The notes beneath the pieces were generated by a model that saw only the letters and a list, made by a program, of their open reading frames with translations, was not told where the DNA came from and made no database searches. A stretch of 64,000 nt of DNA. It comes from Rhizodiscina lignyota. Lineage: Eukaryota. Both the position numbers and the translations under genes were made by a program. Of this stretch, positions 24,103 through 36,148 are shown in pieces. The stretch's first letter is position 1. Every line of letters starts with the position of its first letter. The stretch is taken from assembly GCA_010015805.1 (NCBI GenBank), contig ML978123.1:2542001-2606000 (forward strand). The letters are read 5' to 3'.

Positions 24103-27100
24103 TTATCCGAGCGTAATAACTTCTTCTTTATACCTCGCAACAGCCCAATCAACCTTGAAAACCTTCCCCAAGCCCGCCCTAGTATACTATATCTTCTGCT
24201 GGTCCTGGTGCTTCTCGACAAGCATCACGTTGTAGAGCGGATAGTCTCCGACATCTACCCTCGCTTCGTCTCCGAAATACTCTGTCTCTGAAATTATAAT
24301 AAAGTCCTTCCGGGCTCCATCAACATCATGTCCAGCATGCAGTTTGACTTTACCGATTACTTTTCTTCGCTCATCTACAATTTCGGTCTCGTCAAACTTG
24401 ACCTCTACCGTCTCTGGAGGGGTTTCCAAGTTTGAGCGGATCTGGTGCTGTTCTATTCTCTGAATCGGCTTTCCCAAGGTGAATGCCGCACGCTGCGTAC
24501 GGAAAACAAGATATTGCTGGTTCACCTGTGGTAATTCCCACGAATGGGTAAGACCCTTGTGAAATGTGGACCTTGATGCTTCCCAGTGAAGGACAGTTCC
24601 TGGCAGGTCTCTCGGTCCCCATAGTTGATCTCCTCGTGATGTTGGAGCTCCTGATCGCTGCTTATCTCCTTGCGAAGCTAAAAGCCCGATCTCGATAATA
24701 GAAGACGCGGCAGTAAATTTCTTGCGCGGAACCGGTGGCCTGCCTTGAGAGTTGAGGCTTCCAGCACGCACCGAGAGACTGTTAGGCTTCTCTGGAACTG
24801 CTGGTTTCCGCTTGACTGCATACCATCGGAGCATGGGCCGCATACGTTCTTGCTGATCCATTGTAGCCGCAGGATGTATCAGTTTCACCAGGCGCGCGGA
24901 CTGCCAGTCTGTGCGGACTTCAAATGTCTGTTCGTATCTAACGGCGCCAATCCAACTTGCCCAGGACCATGATGGGAACGGCGCTTCCCCCTTCGAAATT
25001 TTTCTACGATCCAGGATACCCACGGGTTGCCATAAAAGAGCAACATCGAGAATGGCTTGGGGTAGGCCGAAGTGGGACGAACATCCAAATGCCCGATTGA
25101 ACGACGGCAGCACACCTCCAAGTGCGTTCAGAGCGTCATCGTTTTTGGTCATATCGCGTTTTGTGTAATCCTCTATGAGGTCGACATATTTCTTGAAAGC
25201 GATCGGTCTCTCCATATGTGCTCTACCGTTGGAATCGACGCGAACGCAATAATCAAATCGGAACTTTTTGGGAACCACAGTCTCTGGGAGCAATGATTGG
25301 AAGAGTGGCGATCCATGCAGATGCTCCTCGTTCATCGCGGAATCTTTCGCTGTCATATCCTCGTATGCAACAGTGGCTCGACAGTGCCAGGTCATGAATC
25401 CTCGGCTGAAGACGAGAAGCCTGCGAGACAACAACTTTTCCTGGAGCGTCCACGCTCTCCCATCCCATGGTATTAGCTTTTCTTTAGGAGCAATTGGAAG
25501 TAGAACATTGATGTTTGGCAGTATCTCTCTAGCAATTTGCCTTGGATCACATCGGGTCCGAAACAAGCCAGCATCAGCGCCTTCCCCGTCAGCCGCGACG
25601 ATTGTGAACTGGGCATTCTGGTAGATGTACTCCATGTTGCCAATTTGAGCATGTATTTTCCGCCTCATCGTCCTGTACGATGCATAACCGGTCCACAAAG
25701 AGGTATCGCATTCCGGCTTCTTTCACAACACGTATCGCATCCCGAATAGTTGTTGGGAGAGAAATTCTGCTACTCGAGAGTCCACCAAGTGCCATAAACT
25801 GCCCTTCCGTCTGGATTTTGAGCTGGACACACGACCTGTGGGAATATTTGCCCCATACATAGCTCAACGCTACGTATTCGAAGTTCCGTGGACGATTATT
25901 TGACTTAACGAGGCACTCATCTTCCACGTCGATCAACCGGAATTCGACACTGCTACGCGACCCAGCTTGCGCTTCGCGTTGCAGTGAGGACGGAATAGGG
26001 CATTCGGTATGACAGTCAGCGCAGTGTTTGTGCCACTTACTTATCAAGGAGAAATCAATCTCCAGAGTAAGAAGTTTCCCGTAATGCAGATTTTTCCCGT
26101 CATCTTGAACAAGATCCGAAGCAATGCGAAGATTGAATTTGCTGAACAGCATCAGTGTAGAGCGAGGTTTCCGACTGTGGCCTGTCAATGCGACGGTAAT
26201 GAGCCCGCTATGAAGCCGGATATCGAGAATGCATGGAGGAGGTCTGCGACTCTGCGCCTTTGCAAGCATTCCAGCCGTAATACTTGAGTCGACCGCTTCA
26301 AGTATTGCCCTGTCTTGGAGCGATGCTTCAGATACCAAACCAGCTCTTAGGCCAGCTGTTGCAGAAAGAGCAGCAATGTCGGCTCCTTGCTCTAGGTGTC
26401 CGTCGCTGATTTGTTCTGGGGTATCGATGTCCTCCTCGGGGCGCTCGCCAACCGCAGTACCATGGGCATCGGGATCGAACGTGCGATCTTTTTTATCGGC
26501 ACTAATCCCGAACGGCCACACCGTTTCATGCTCGAAGTGCTCTCTGAGTCTGCTCATAAGACCACGCTTCGAAAGCCAATCTCGAAAGTTGACACCTTGA
26601 AGCTTAGGAGGGAGGTGATTTCTCACTTCATCGACTCGAAGCGGGTCCTTATTTTTGCATAGGTCATCATCTTCGATACTCAACGATTCACACAACAGCT
26701 CACAGAATGGACACCAGCTATGACAGATCAATGCCCGTTAAAGTGGCCGTAGGCATCGGTAGGAAGAGTCCCCAGTCACTTGTCCGGGTAAAAATTCGCG
26801 GAAAGGCAATCTCTGACAATCTGCGCACAGTCTCTTCTTCGAGGACATTCCAAGGTGCCGAGGGACATCTTTCAGGTCTTTAAATGTTCTCTTTGAGAAT
26901 GTCACTGTGCCATTGCTGATTTCCACTAAGAGATTCTTAGCATCGCCGATGTTCCACTTCACAAACAAGCCAATTATCTTATTCCTATCCCCAGCCTCAT
27001 TTTCGTTGATCGTCTCCTGGTGGGTCTGCGTATCGGAGAGCGCGGTTTCGGACGACACTGACTGTCTAGGCGATGTGCCGGGCGATAGAGCAAAGAGATC

Positions 27101-27388
27101 AGTGGGAGATCTCAGTGTCGTTCTTGAATCAGTTGTAGTCGGCGACAGAGCACTTTCAGAGGAATACCGGTGCGATCGTGTCTGTTGCGAAACAGAGGAC
27201 GAGACGGTTGATGACAAGTGGACGGACACTGCTTCTAATCCATCCCTATCCTGCGCGTATTGGGTCTCTCTCTCCGTCTCGTCGGCGATCGTACGTGTCG
27301 TAGTGTAATAAGAACGGATCCTGGGACGATCTGATGAGGACTCATTGGAACTCCCGATTGATGGCCGGCCAAACAAGTTCCACGACAT
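24103..27388 (-). pseudogene. HET-domain (heterokaryon incompatibility) protein pseudogene
   Basis: HET motifs RLIDV, YVALSYVWG, LPTTIRDAI, YLFVDRLCIVQDD, QIGNMEYIY, RAWTLQEKLLSRR and FPSWSWASW. Interrupted by an in-frame TAA at 26738-26740, a 1-nt frameshift near 25655 and an in-frame TAG at 24187-24189. Confidence 0.88.
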
Positions 27389-28210
27389 TATAAGTCAGAA
27401 TCAAGGAAATTTAATGAGAGGTATCGTGATCCAGAAGTAATATCGAAAAGTGCTTGCTTTCTTCGCAATTCGAGTGTCATCCACCGACCGGAAACGAACC
27501 TTGGTCATAAATCAGGTCATGCATCGAACAGATAAGGCAACGACTGACAAACAGATCCCCCTGCTTGCACGGCTGAGAGGGGTTTCAAAGGGATGCAGAT
27601 GATTGCGCCTCAGTGCAGGCGATTGAAATGGATTCGCATGCAATGTTCCATCATTGAGCAGGCGGGGAGAGGAGATTGGGAAGTCTGCATTCCGCATCGT
27701 GATACCATGCATGGAGTGCATGCATACATTGTTTCATGCGCGCCAATGTTGCCCAATAGACTGAACGTGTTTGTTGACGCCATGGAGGCAAACGACTGCG
27801 CCGCAACGTCGCGGACGGTATCGAGCAGGTATGCGCCTTGAACCGGCATACCGATTGTTAGTGGAACGCACATCTCTTGCTGCAATAGTCACCGGTCAAT
27901 GACCCTATGATATGAGGATGTCTGGGAACGCAAGTCTGCCTGGCGTTCTTCTAAAAGCCCTACAAGGACTGTGATAGTTCTTCGCGAGCGAATAATAAAG
28001 GTCCCGGAGATCAGTCGACTTAGGGGTTCAATGTCACCTAGGACTAGGTGGGGCATATCCGGAACGTGATTGGGTCGTTCGTTCATAAGGATCTAGCTCT
28101 TTCGCAGAGCCTCTCAGGGTTTGGGAGCCATCTGGTGCATCTACAAGCATAAAGCCGAGAAAACAAATCCTCTTCTTGGCTAGCTATCTTGGGTATCAAT
28201 GTCAACCACC

Positions 28211-31200
28211 TTACCAACCACGCCTCCGTCCTCTCATCTCGTGATTTCGCTCCTTCCTCTTCTCCTTCGCATGCTCTCTCTTTTTCCGCTTCACCGCCGC
28301 GACTTTCTCAGGCATGCTGACAGCCTCGATACGTCTCTTGGTCCTCCTCTCTTCGCGCCTCTCCTTTGCGGCAACCTTCACCTTGCTCATACCCGCGAGA
28401 TATGCCTCTGTACCAAGCTTCTCTTGCACTTTATTGAGAAGCTCCCGGGCATTGTCCTGAAGCGCACTGAATGTCGAGTTGAAGTCAGCATCGTGACTAG
28501 TGAGATGGGTAATGGACGGATCGGTTAGGTTGTGGAGAGCACGTAAAACTGGCGGAAGGCTGTCTTCAAGGAGTTCAGTTTCGACATTGGTACAGAGGCT
28601 CGTAAGAAGCTGCATGGCTCCCAGGTGCGGCCGCAATGCTGGAGCGCGAGGTGCAGTCGGTGCCCGACGGAGAACGAAGGCCAGTCTACTGATCAGGTAA
28701 CGAATGGCAGTCTTCCTGCCTCGCTGGTTCTGTTCCTCCGAGTCCGACATCTCATCTTCGCTATCGACGCCGTCCTCTTTGTCTTCGTCGTTCTCGGAGG
28801 CGGGGTCGGAAGCTTCTCCTGGCACCCAGGTGAGATGATTCGCAGCAAAGCACCTGCCCATGAACGCCAAATTCTTTACTGCTTGGCTGATGAGCTCCTC
28901 ATTCGGCTCGGGTTCGGGAGTCGCTATGAAGCGGATGTTGGCTCTCGTGATTTGGAACATCTGGTCTTTGTCGAGTCGAAGGCCGCCGGAACCAAGCAGA
29001 GGTACAGCGTTGAATGACGAACTCTTTGCATTATTCGCGGCAAAATCGGCGAGGTAGAGACCTACGAGTTTGGCAGCAACAAGTCTGACCCAGATATCGG
29101 GGAAGAACTGGGATTCGCGAATAAATGACCAGAGATGACCCTTGTCTGGTGTAAATGCGCTATTTGAAGCAGCTTTGTTGTTAAGCTTGACGTAGCTCGC
29201 AACTGCCTTGAGAGCAAAATATACTAGCTCGTCATTTTCAGGATTGGGATCCTGAGTTGCCTCTTTTAATAATGATCTGGCCGATTTGATGAACGCGGGA
29301 CTCTGCTCGGCGTTCTGCTGCTGCACGTCAAGATAGGCACTCCAGCATCGGAACCCAGTTTGTCGAAGTGTGGGATTATCGTCCTTCTTCGTCCACTCGA
29401 GGACCATGTCGAGAAATCCTTTCCTCTTCACGTCATTTGCACGCTCGAACACATCTTTGATCAGGATTTCTGCGAACGATCGGCATTCTTCGGAGTCGTC
29501 ATTGACGAGTGTCATGACAAGTGGAAGGAATACCATATCGTGGATCTCATCGATCATCTTCACCCCGTCGATAGTCTTGTCACCAGACTTAGTCAGAAGA
29601 AGATGTAAAGTCTCCATAACAGACTGCCTTCCCTCGGCATGCTCGAAGCTGAGATTCTTGACAAAAAACCCAATGTGTTTCTCGAATAGTCGCTTGGTGT
29701 GCAGGTAGTCGGGGGTCATGAAGAAGGCAAAATAGACGTCTCGAGCTAACTTTCGGGATTCCCGAGAATGACTTCGTACCATGATGGCACGCACTTGATC
29801 TGCGATTTCGAATACTTCGGGAACGACGATGCGACGATTAATGACAGCTCGAACAAAGCCGAATGCGGTGCTCTGACGATCCACAGATTCTTCCAGGTCA
29901 TTCTTGAGAGCTCGCAAGAGGAACGCGACATCATTATCGCGAATTACAGTATCCTGTCGTTTCTGTAGGATTTCTGAGGCCATACGCAGGGCAGCTTGTG
30001 CAGCCTCCGTATGAGTTGAATGTGCGTCTCGAACCACTCGCATAGCTTCTCGAGCATACACCATTGCGTCTTCATCAAGCTTTTCGAAGGACTTGACAAC
30101 TCTGATGATCGAAGCGACCAATCTCATTGCCGCAATCTTGACGTCTTCTTGTGCGCCCACAATAGCATCTCCGATGAAATTCATGAAACCAGTAAGGTTC
30201 GCGGGAGATTGTAGTTCTTCATATTTCGGAATGATATCACGCATGACTTCAATCGCGAAACGTACAAGCCTGCTCGTTTGAATAGTGGTTTGGGATCGAC
30301 TCGATGCTTTGCTGGCTACCTTGGCATTGCTCAGGTACCGCTTCGTCTTGTAGTCTGCACCAGGGGTGGGTTGCACGTCAGACTTGTACGCCTCGCTCCA
30401 AACTTCGTAGCAAAACACAAGCATTCCTCTGCCAGCCGCAGCCTCATTTTTCACGAGGCCACGGCGAAATCTACGCAGCAGCTCATCGATCTTGTTGACC
30501 ATTCGCTCATCCAACTTCTCGAACAGCAGCATTTGGATGGGTCGAACAAGGTCGATTAAATGGGGAATCGTTGTAATCTGTGCAATCAACTCCATCGAGT
30601 CATAGCTCTTGCTGCTCTTGACTTCCTTCATCTTGCTAATGTATTCTTCGGCGTCTTTTTCTTGGCCGGTGACTCCGAAAATATCGTCCATGATGATCGT
30701 GATAATGTCATTCAGACAATAGTCGAGATCTCCTAGTTTGAAGTTTGATGACGTGGAAACAAGAATCGAATGAACTGTAAATGACAGGACATGCAGTTGA
30801 TAGCCTCGTTGCAGTGAGCGACGAAGTTCTTTCAGAACGAAGCCAAAGTACGCTGGGCCGATAAGGGTAGTGATATCGGCCAATGTTCTCCTCGTTAAAT
30901 CTCTTGATTCTTGCGATCGACTTCGAAGTATATTGCTCAGGTCGGTCAGCATCGGTGATAACCGCATGCTGAATTCAGCTTCTGGGAGCAAGCGGAGAAT
31001 TTTTGCGATCGTAATTGCAACTGGAACTCTCCGAGCAACTGTCGTTTCGTCCTTATGATGAAGGTAACCCGATAGCTGAGGCAGAATACTCTGCGAAAGC
31101 TCGTCCGAGAGCTTCTCCGCCTTTGGTGCCGTCTTTGAGAGCTTGCTTGGAACATTGTTGTCGTCATTTCCGGTAGACTCTCTGTCCTCCGCCGCTCGGC

Positions 31201-34200
31201 ACAGCGCATCAACAAGCACTCCAAGGAGCTTCATCATCGTCTTCTCAAGCTCCGCCTTGCTCTCAATGTACGAACTATACCTCTTGATGAGAGCACGATA
31301 TTGCGGCCATTCAAGCCATTCAGACAAAACTCCAATTGTCTCGATAGCTTCCTTAATCATGTTATGCGCATTTGCATCTCCATCTTCGCGCGTATCGAAA
31401 ACAAAATGCTCAATGAGCGGGATGAAGATTCGACTAATGTTGCCACTTGAGAGTGCTCCGGTTTGGGCCTCCTTCGCAAGGCGCCGAAGTGCGCGGAGCC
31501 GCCTGTGTTGCTGGATATGCAGGATATTATTGAAGAACGATGCTTCGTCGTCATCGCCAACGAGTAGCACCCGCATGTCTTGGATGCTTTCCAGTTCTTG
31601 ATGACATTTCACGGTATGCGCCAGGGCTGCCAAATACTCGTTTCTCACAAGCTCAGAGGATGACTTCTGCAGCCCCTTGTGGATGGCAGGGAGTAGGGTC
31701 GCTTCGATGAATGAGAGGAAATCTTGGGGTGCTGCTGCAGAAGCCTCAACGAAGCGTCTTAGGCAGAGAGATGCATTTGCTCGTATCATATCCTCATCGT
31801 CCTTGATGAAGAAAAGCAAATTGTGGACAATCGGAGTCCATTGGTTAAGATCCCATGCTTCAGAATTCAGCCGGATTGTCTCAAAAGCTTCCTGACGTCG
31901 CTCGAAATCCGGCTCGTCAAGCCGTGACTCGGAGAAAGCATTAAGTCCTTGAGACACGGTGGCAATCTCCTGGAGTGATTTTGTAGATCGGACCAGCAAT
32001 TCGAATAGATGCGACAACCGGATCCTGCTATCCTGGTCCTCGAAATATGCGAACAGGGGTCCAAGTGCAGAGTAAATCTGCGGAGCAACCTTGCGGCTTA
32101 AGGTACTTCTAGTGTGATATTCGCCTTGATCGTCCCGCATGAAAACGGACTCAAAGTTGAGATGAATTGCCTCAAGGCCATCCGCAGAGGAATCTTCATG
32201 GGGATCCAAAGACGCAAATATTGGTGTGAGAGCACGTAATATCTCGCTCTTCGTCTTCGGGGGAACTCGCTTAGGCGGTTGCTGCAGAAGAAACGTGAAC
32301 ACCTCGATCAACCCCATGCACTGATCCCTCGGGATAAACGGTGCCAAGGCTTGTACGGTCGCAACTGCGAGGTCCAAGACGTCTTTAGGTGCATGTCCTC
32401 GTAATACGGCCTCAACAGCTTTGAGAAGCCCTTCACCATGGCGCTCCAAGGCACCTCCGATAGCCGGTGAATCACTGGAGATGGTCGTCAACCTTGTGAC
32501 CAATTGTAGAACAAAACTCTTGACATGATCTTTTGCTGACTCGACCATCAGACATTTTGCGATCTGCGGGAGGACGTCGTCATTGTATTTGAACAGGAGA
32601 TGGGCTGTCTCGGGGGAAGTTGCCCACGCGCCGAATAGCTTGAGCATACCAGATATCGAATGCGCCGTCTCCATTGGCAGATTTGACAACCTTGGATTCA
32701 CGACTTTCTCGAAGATCGCAGGCATGTAGACTACCCAGTCTAAGTCCGGAAACTTCTCGAAAATCGCAACCAGGCATTGCAGGCAGAGCTGCCTCACAGA
32801 TCGGGCCAAGCTATTTGCTTCGCTCGAGTCCATGGCAGCTGTAGCACTGAACAAGGAGAACAAAATTGGTTCGATCAGCCTATCAACGAGAGGTCTGAAG
32901 GTGGTCCCAAGAGTACTGAGCATGTCTTTCAACATGTTGAGCAAGCCTTGCTGCTTTCTCAATGTCATTGGTTCCTTCTCAAGCTCTTGCTCGTCCACTT
33001 TGCCATCTGAGATCAGTTTGAGATCGTCGAGAGGACCGAGTGCGATAGACAAGAATTTCCCAAGATTCTCGTCTCCAAACCTCGTCAGGGCACTAAAGAC
33101 TGCTTTTCGTCGTGATTCGAGGCCGCCACCTTTCGTTGCCGCTCCACCCCTGGCGATCATTCTCCCATATAGCAGTCTCAATAACACAGGCATGAGCTCT
33201 TCGCGATGGTCCTCTTGGATGGAACTGTCTTCATTACCAACGTCCAGAAAGACTGAGAGTTGTTCACGAAAACGGTCGTCATCCAGAAGGTTGAAAAGTT
33301 GCTCCTTGTAACGTTCAATAGCTGGATTCTTCCAGGCTAGCAGTCCCTGGAGAGCTGGCTTCTGCAATTCACTATCTCCGTTGGATAGAAGCAGGAGCAA
33401 TGCTGAATAGACGCTCTCAGACTGATAGAGGACACGCGGATTGTTGAATGCTGCCAAAAGTGAAACCATCGACTTTTGATCTTTACGGTTCCAGCGCTGT
33501 TTGCTCAGTGTTGTTGACGAGGTATCTGCCTCTTCTCCACTCCCAGTGATGTCGCCATCATTGTTATCTGTGCGCTGTGTCCAATCAAGAAACATCGGCA
33601 CAAGGAGTCTCGACTTCTTTTCTGCCAGCTGTGGCATGACTTGGAGAACGCGCAGGGCCTGGCCACGGCAGGCTGTTGTGACCTCTGGAATCTGTCTATG
33701 CTCCTTCTCAAAACGATCCTTCAGCTGCTCTTTAGCAGTCCCAATCATCTCCAGGCTCTTCACATGCAATTCATCGACCCTTTCCAAGTTGGAGCATTCA
33801 AAATCTGTATAGAAACGCCCCCTCTTCGAGTCCTCTCCCTGGTCGACTTGCTCATCGTGCAGCTCATACCATTCAGCTTCACTACCTTCAATCCATCGCA
33901 GAGCGAGTTGTATAGTGACGTCTTGGCCTGCTCTGGTTTCGCAAATATCTTTGAGCGCTGTGCACAAATCACCCCATATTTGCGTCAAATGCACATGCAA
34001 AAGACCGAAGCAATACGTCGGAATCGCTCTACTTAGCCAATGATGGGATGCAACGCCTGGATAGGAAGCAGCCAATCTGCGAATGTGCATAGAGATTAAA
34101 CGCATAGATTGAAGGTCGAAAGGAGACTCCTCGATCGTAAGAGCCGTCTCTAAAATTTCCGATTCTGCAGCCTCTTGAAATTTCAGTGCGTGCTTAAGAC

Positions 34201-36148
34201 TACGGAGACCGAGAAGTCGCAGTTTATGCGATGGCAATGCCAGGCATCGGATCGCGCTTTCAATGAGTTTGTCCAGCCCAGTGATCTGGTGGCTGTCCGA
34301 CTGACTTAGTGCTGAGAGGTACTGTTCAATCCCTTGCCAATAAGGCAAGACTCCGACAAGTTCACTCGACTTGGAAAGAGACACGTCAAATGCTGATATA
34401 CCTTCGTCGAGAGATTGGTGACTTCGGCAGAGGTACTCAAAGCACTTGCCCCAAGCAAATTTCTGAAATGGTTCCCCTTCGGAGCCTGATAGGAAGTCTG
34501 TATGCACGTATTCCGCGATAACATGCAGCAGATCTCTTTGCGTTCTTTCCGGAGAGTATAGCAATTCAAATATGCCAATTTCACTACTGCAAAGGTGAAG
34601 GAGTCCTAGATCTGCTGGAACGTTTTGGGCTTCCCTCCGGAGCCTTTTGAAATCCTCTTGTATGTAATTCTCAAGTTGTGTAGTCAGCAAGGTTTTCTTA
34701 GGTTCTTTGGCTCCAAAGACGTCCAATGGCGCAAGATTTGTGAGCAGGACTGCCAGTTCGGATGGAGAGTTCTCCCACTCCGTAACAATAAATCGGCGTA
34801 GTATCGGAAGAACCATTGGTTTGAATCGATCCGACCCCATATCAGCGAAGAACATGCAGAAGCTGATAAACCTTGACTTCCAGGGTTTAGTGTTCGTTCG
34901 TTCGAGGAGATGCACGTATGGCAGCACTGCATCCATGGGGCAATATTGAAAGGCTATGGCAGCTGAGGCAAGCACATCAGCTGACAGCGGTTCATATGTG
35001 CTGGGATTTCGTTCAAAAAGGTCGAAGAGGGCCTTCAACCGATCCAGAACAGGCTTCCAATTAGCGATTCGAGATCCACTCCTTACGCCAGCCAGTTCGG
35101 ACAAGAACCTGACGCTCATCTCAATGTCAGTTTCGTTGCCATCGACAGAGACTTCCGTTGCGTCAATAATGACGTCCAATGCCGGCTTAAAGCTTTCTGC
35201 ATCACAATGATGGATAAGAGCAATAACCGTTCCGTGGATCACGGCTCTCTGTGCAAGATTTTCACTTCCGTTTCTCTTATCGACACCGATTCTCAGCAAC
35301 TCTTGCAGTATCGGTAGAGCAGCAGAATGCAGGCCTTTCTGTACACCTCTCATGCTCTCCGCGAACAAGCTCATTATACCCTGTTGGTATAGCTCGCTAA
35401 CCTCACTTCCTCGCAAGTCTCGCAGTATATGTTCCACAATCTTGTTCAGCGGTTCTTTGTTTTTGTGATATGCCACCCCCGCCTTTCTTAAGAGGAAGCT
35501 GAACCCTTCAGCAGCGAACCGCGCAATGAATGGCTTCTGTTTCTCCTTCCCCAGGAGTGGCGCAAGGAGATCGTATGTGGGTCGAAGGTCAGGCACAAGG
35601 AGGCGTGAAAGGTATTTGAAGAGCCATACTATTGTGTTGAGGCTCCATTCGATCACTTCAATGTCTGGATTCGTGCTTGCGATGGTCGATAAAATCCGAA
35701 CGCTGCGCTCGAAAAACGTCTCAAACCTTGCGCCGAGGTCGTGCGCAAACTGCGCGAGGAGGTCGAGGAGCGGTTCGAGAGAAATTGTCGTTCCATTTTC
35801 GATATATGACAGTAGGAACTCTGCGACTCGTTGCTGGTGGTGCAGAAGCTGTGGAAGTGTCTCGGAGAGCAGCTCGACATCCTGCACAAAGTTTGTGAAG
35901 TGTTCTGACAGATTTTTGTCTTTCCATTCTTCCAAAGATGCTCTGAAATGTGAGGTATATGTCGACAGGTCCTGCTCAGCCAACTCTTGATATGTAGAGG
36001 TCGTTCGCCGCACTGGATCGATGTTAAGTTTTGTGATGCGATGGCTAAAGGATTCGAATCGGTGCTTGTTCGTCGACTTTGTGGCCTTGGAATTTTTGAC
36101 GACCTTGAAAGCTCTTTTGGCCTTATCTCCTCTCGATATCACGGCCAT
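28211..36148 (-). CDS. UTP20: U3 snoRNP / SSU processome HEAT-repeat protein Utp20
   Basis: 2645-aa intronless ORF with N-terminal HRFESFSHRITKLNIDP, FFNNILHIQQHRRLRAL, RGYQLHVLSFTVH and a basic C-terminus. Confidence 0.97.
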   Translation of the reverse strand: MAVISRGDKAKRAFKVVKNSKATKSTNKHRFESFSHRITKLNIDPVRRTTSTYQELAEQDLSTYTSHFRASLEEWKDKNLSEHFTNFVQDVELLSETLPQLLHHQQRVAEFLLSYIENGTTISLEPLLDLLAQFAHDLGARFETFFERSVRILSTIASTNPDIEVIEWSLNTIVWLFKYLSRLLVPDLRPTYDLLAPLLGKEKQKPFIARFAAEGFSFLLRKAGVAYHKNKEPLNKIVEHILRDLRGSEVSELYQQGIMSLFAESMRGVQKGLHSAALPILQELLRIGVDKRNGSENLAQRAVIHGTVIALIHHCDAESFKPALDVIIDATEVSVDGNETDIEMSVRFLSELAGVRSGSRIANWKPVLDRLKALFDLFERNPSTYEPLSADVLASAAIAFQYCPMDAVLPYVHLLERTNTKPWKSRFISFCMFFADMGSDRFKPMVLPILRRFIVTEWENSPSELAVLLTNLAPLDVFGAKEPKKTLLTTQLENYIQEDFKRLRREAQNVPADLGLLHLCSSEIGIFELLYSPERTQRDLLHVIAEYVHTDFLSGSEGEPFQKFAWGKCFEYLCRSHQSLDEGISAFDVSLSKSSELVGVLPYWQGIEQYLSALSQSDSHQITGLDKLIESAIRCLALPSHKLRLLGLRSLKHALKFQEAAESEILETALTIEESPFDLQSMRLISMHIRRLAASYPGVASHHWLSRAIPTYCFGLLHVHLTQIWGDLCTALKDICETRAGQDVTIQLALRWIEGSEAEWYELHDEQVDQGEDSKRGRFYTDFECSNLERVDELHVKSLEMIGTAKEQLKDRFEKEHRQIPEVTTACRGQALRVLQVMPQLAEKKSRLLVPMFLDWTQRTDNNDGDITGSGEEADTSSTTLSKQRWNRKDQKSMVSLLAAFNNPRVLYQSESVYSALLLLLSNGDSELQKPALQGLLAWKNPAIERYKEQLFNLLDDDRFREQLSVFLDVGNEDSSIQEDHREELMPVLLRLLYGRMIARGGAATKGGGLESRRKAVFSALTRFGDENLGKFLSIALGPLDDLKLISDGKVDEQELEKEPMTLRKQQGLLNMLKDMLSTLGTTFRPLVDRLIEPILFSLFSATAAMDSSEANSLARSVRQLCLQCLVAIFEKFPDLDWVVYMPAIFEKVVNPRLSNLPMETAHSISGMLKLFGAWATSPETAHLLFKYNDDVLPQIAKCLMVESAKDHVKSFVLQLVTRLTTISSDSPAIGGALERHGEGLLKAVEAVLRGHAPKDVLDLAVATVQALAPFIPRDQCMGLIEVFTFLLQQPPKRVPPKTKSEILRALTPIFASLDPHEDSSADGLEAIHLNFESVFMRDDQGEYHTRSTLSRKVAPQIYSALGPLFAYFEDQDSRIRLSHLFELLVRSTKSLQEIATVSQGLNAFSESRLDEPDFERRQEAFETIRLNSEAWDLNQWTPIVHNLLFFIKDDEDMIRANASLCLRRFVEASAAAPQDFLSFIEATLLPAIHKGLQKSSSELVRNEYLAALAHTVKCHQELESIQDMRVLLVGDDDEASFFNNILHIQQHRRLRALRRLAKEAQTGALSSGNISRIFIPLIEHFVFDTREDGDANAHNMIKEAIETIGVLSEWLEWPQYRALIKRYSSYIESKAELEKTMMKLLGVLVDALCRAAEDRESTGNDDNNVPSKLSKTAPKAEKLSDELSQSILPQLSGYLHHKDETTVARRVPVAITIAKILRLLPEAEFSMRLSPMLTDLSNILRSRSQESRDLTRRTLADITTLIGPAYFGFVLKELRRSLQRGYQLHVLSFTVHSILVSTSSNFKLGDLDYCLNDIITIIMDDIFGVTGQEKDAEEYISKMKEVKSSKSYDSMELIAQITTIPHLIDLVRPIQMLLFEKLDERMVNKIDELLRRFRRGLVKNEAAAGRGMLVFCYEVWSEAYKSDVQPTPGADYKTKRYLSNAKVASKASSRSQTTIQTSRLVRFAIEVMRDIIPKYEELQSPANLTGFMNFIGDAIVGAQEDVKIAAMRLVASIIRVVKSFEKLDEDAMVYAREAMRVVRDAHSTHTEAAQAALRMASEILQKRQDTVIRDNDVAFLLRALKNDLEESVDRQSTAFGFVRAVINRRIVVPEVFEIADQVRAIMVRSHSRESRKLARDVYFAFFMTPDYLHTKRLFEKHIGFFVKNLSFEHAEGRQSVMETLHLLLTKSGDKTIDGVKMIDEIHDMVFLPLVMTLVNDDSEECRSFAEILIKDVFERANDVKRKGFLDMVLEWTKKDDNPTLRQTGFRCWSAYLDVQQQNAEQSPAFIKSARSLLKEATQDPNPENDELVYFALKAVASYVKLNNKAASNSAFTPDKGHLWSFIRESQFFPDIWVRLVAAKLVGLYLADFAANNAKSSSFNAVPLLGSGGLRLDKDQMFQITRANIRFIATPEPEPNEELISQAVKNLAFMGRCFAANHLTWVPGEASDPASENDEDKEDGVDSEDEMSDSEEQNQRGRKTAIRYLISRLAFVLRRAPTAPRAPALRPHLGAMQLLTSLCTNVETELLEDSLPPVLRALHNLTDPSITHLTSHDADFNSTFSALQDNARELLNKVQEKLGTEAYLAGMSKVKVAAKERREERRTKRRIEAVSMPEKVAAVKRKKREHAKEKRKERNHEMRGRRRGW

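Noticed and set aside
24103..27388. RIP or A-to-I stop-codon recoding as the explanation for the HET lesions
   Set aside because: No obvious TpA enrichment or duplicated copy in the window, and editing cannot repair the frameshift. The ancestral codons are unknown.
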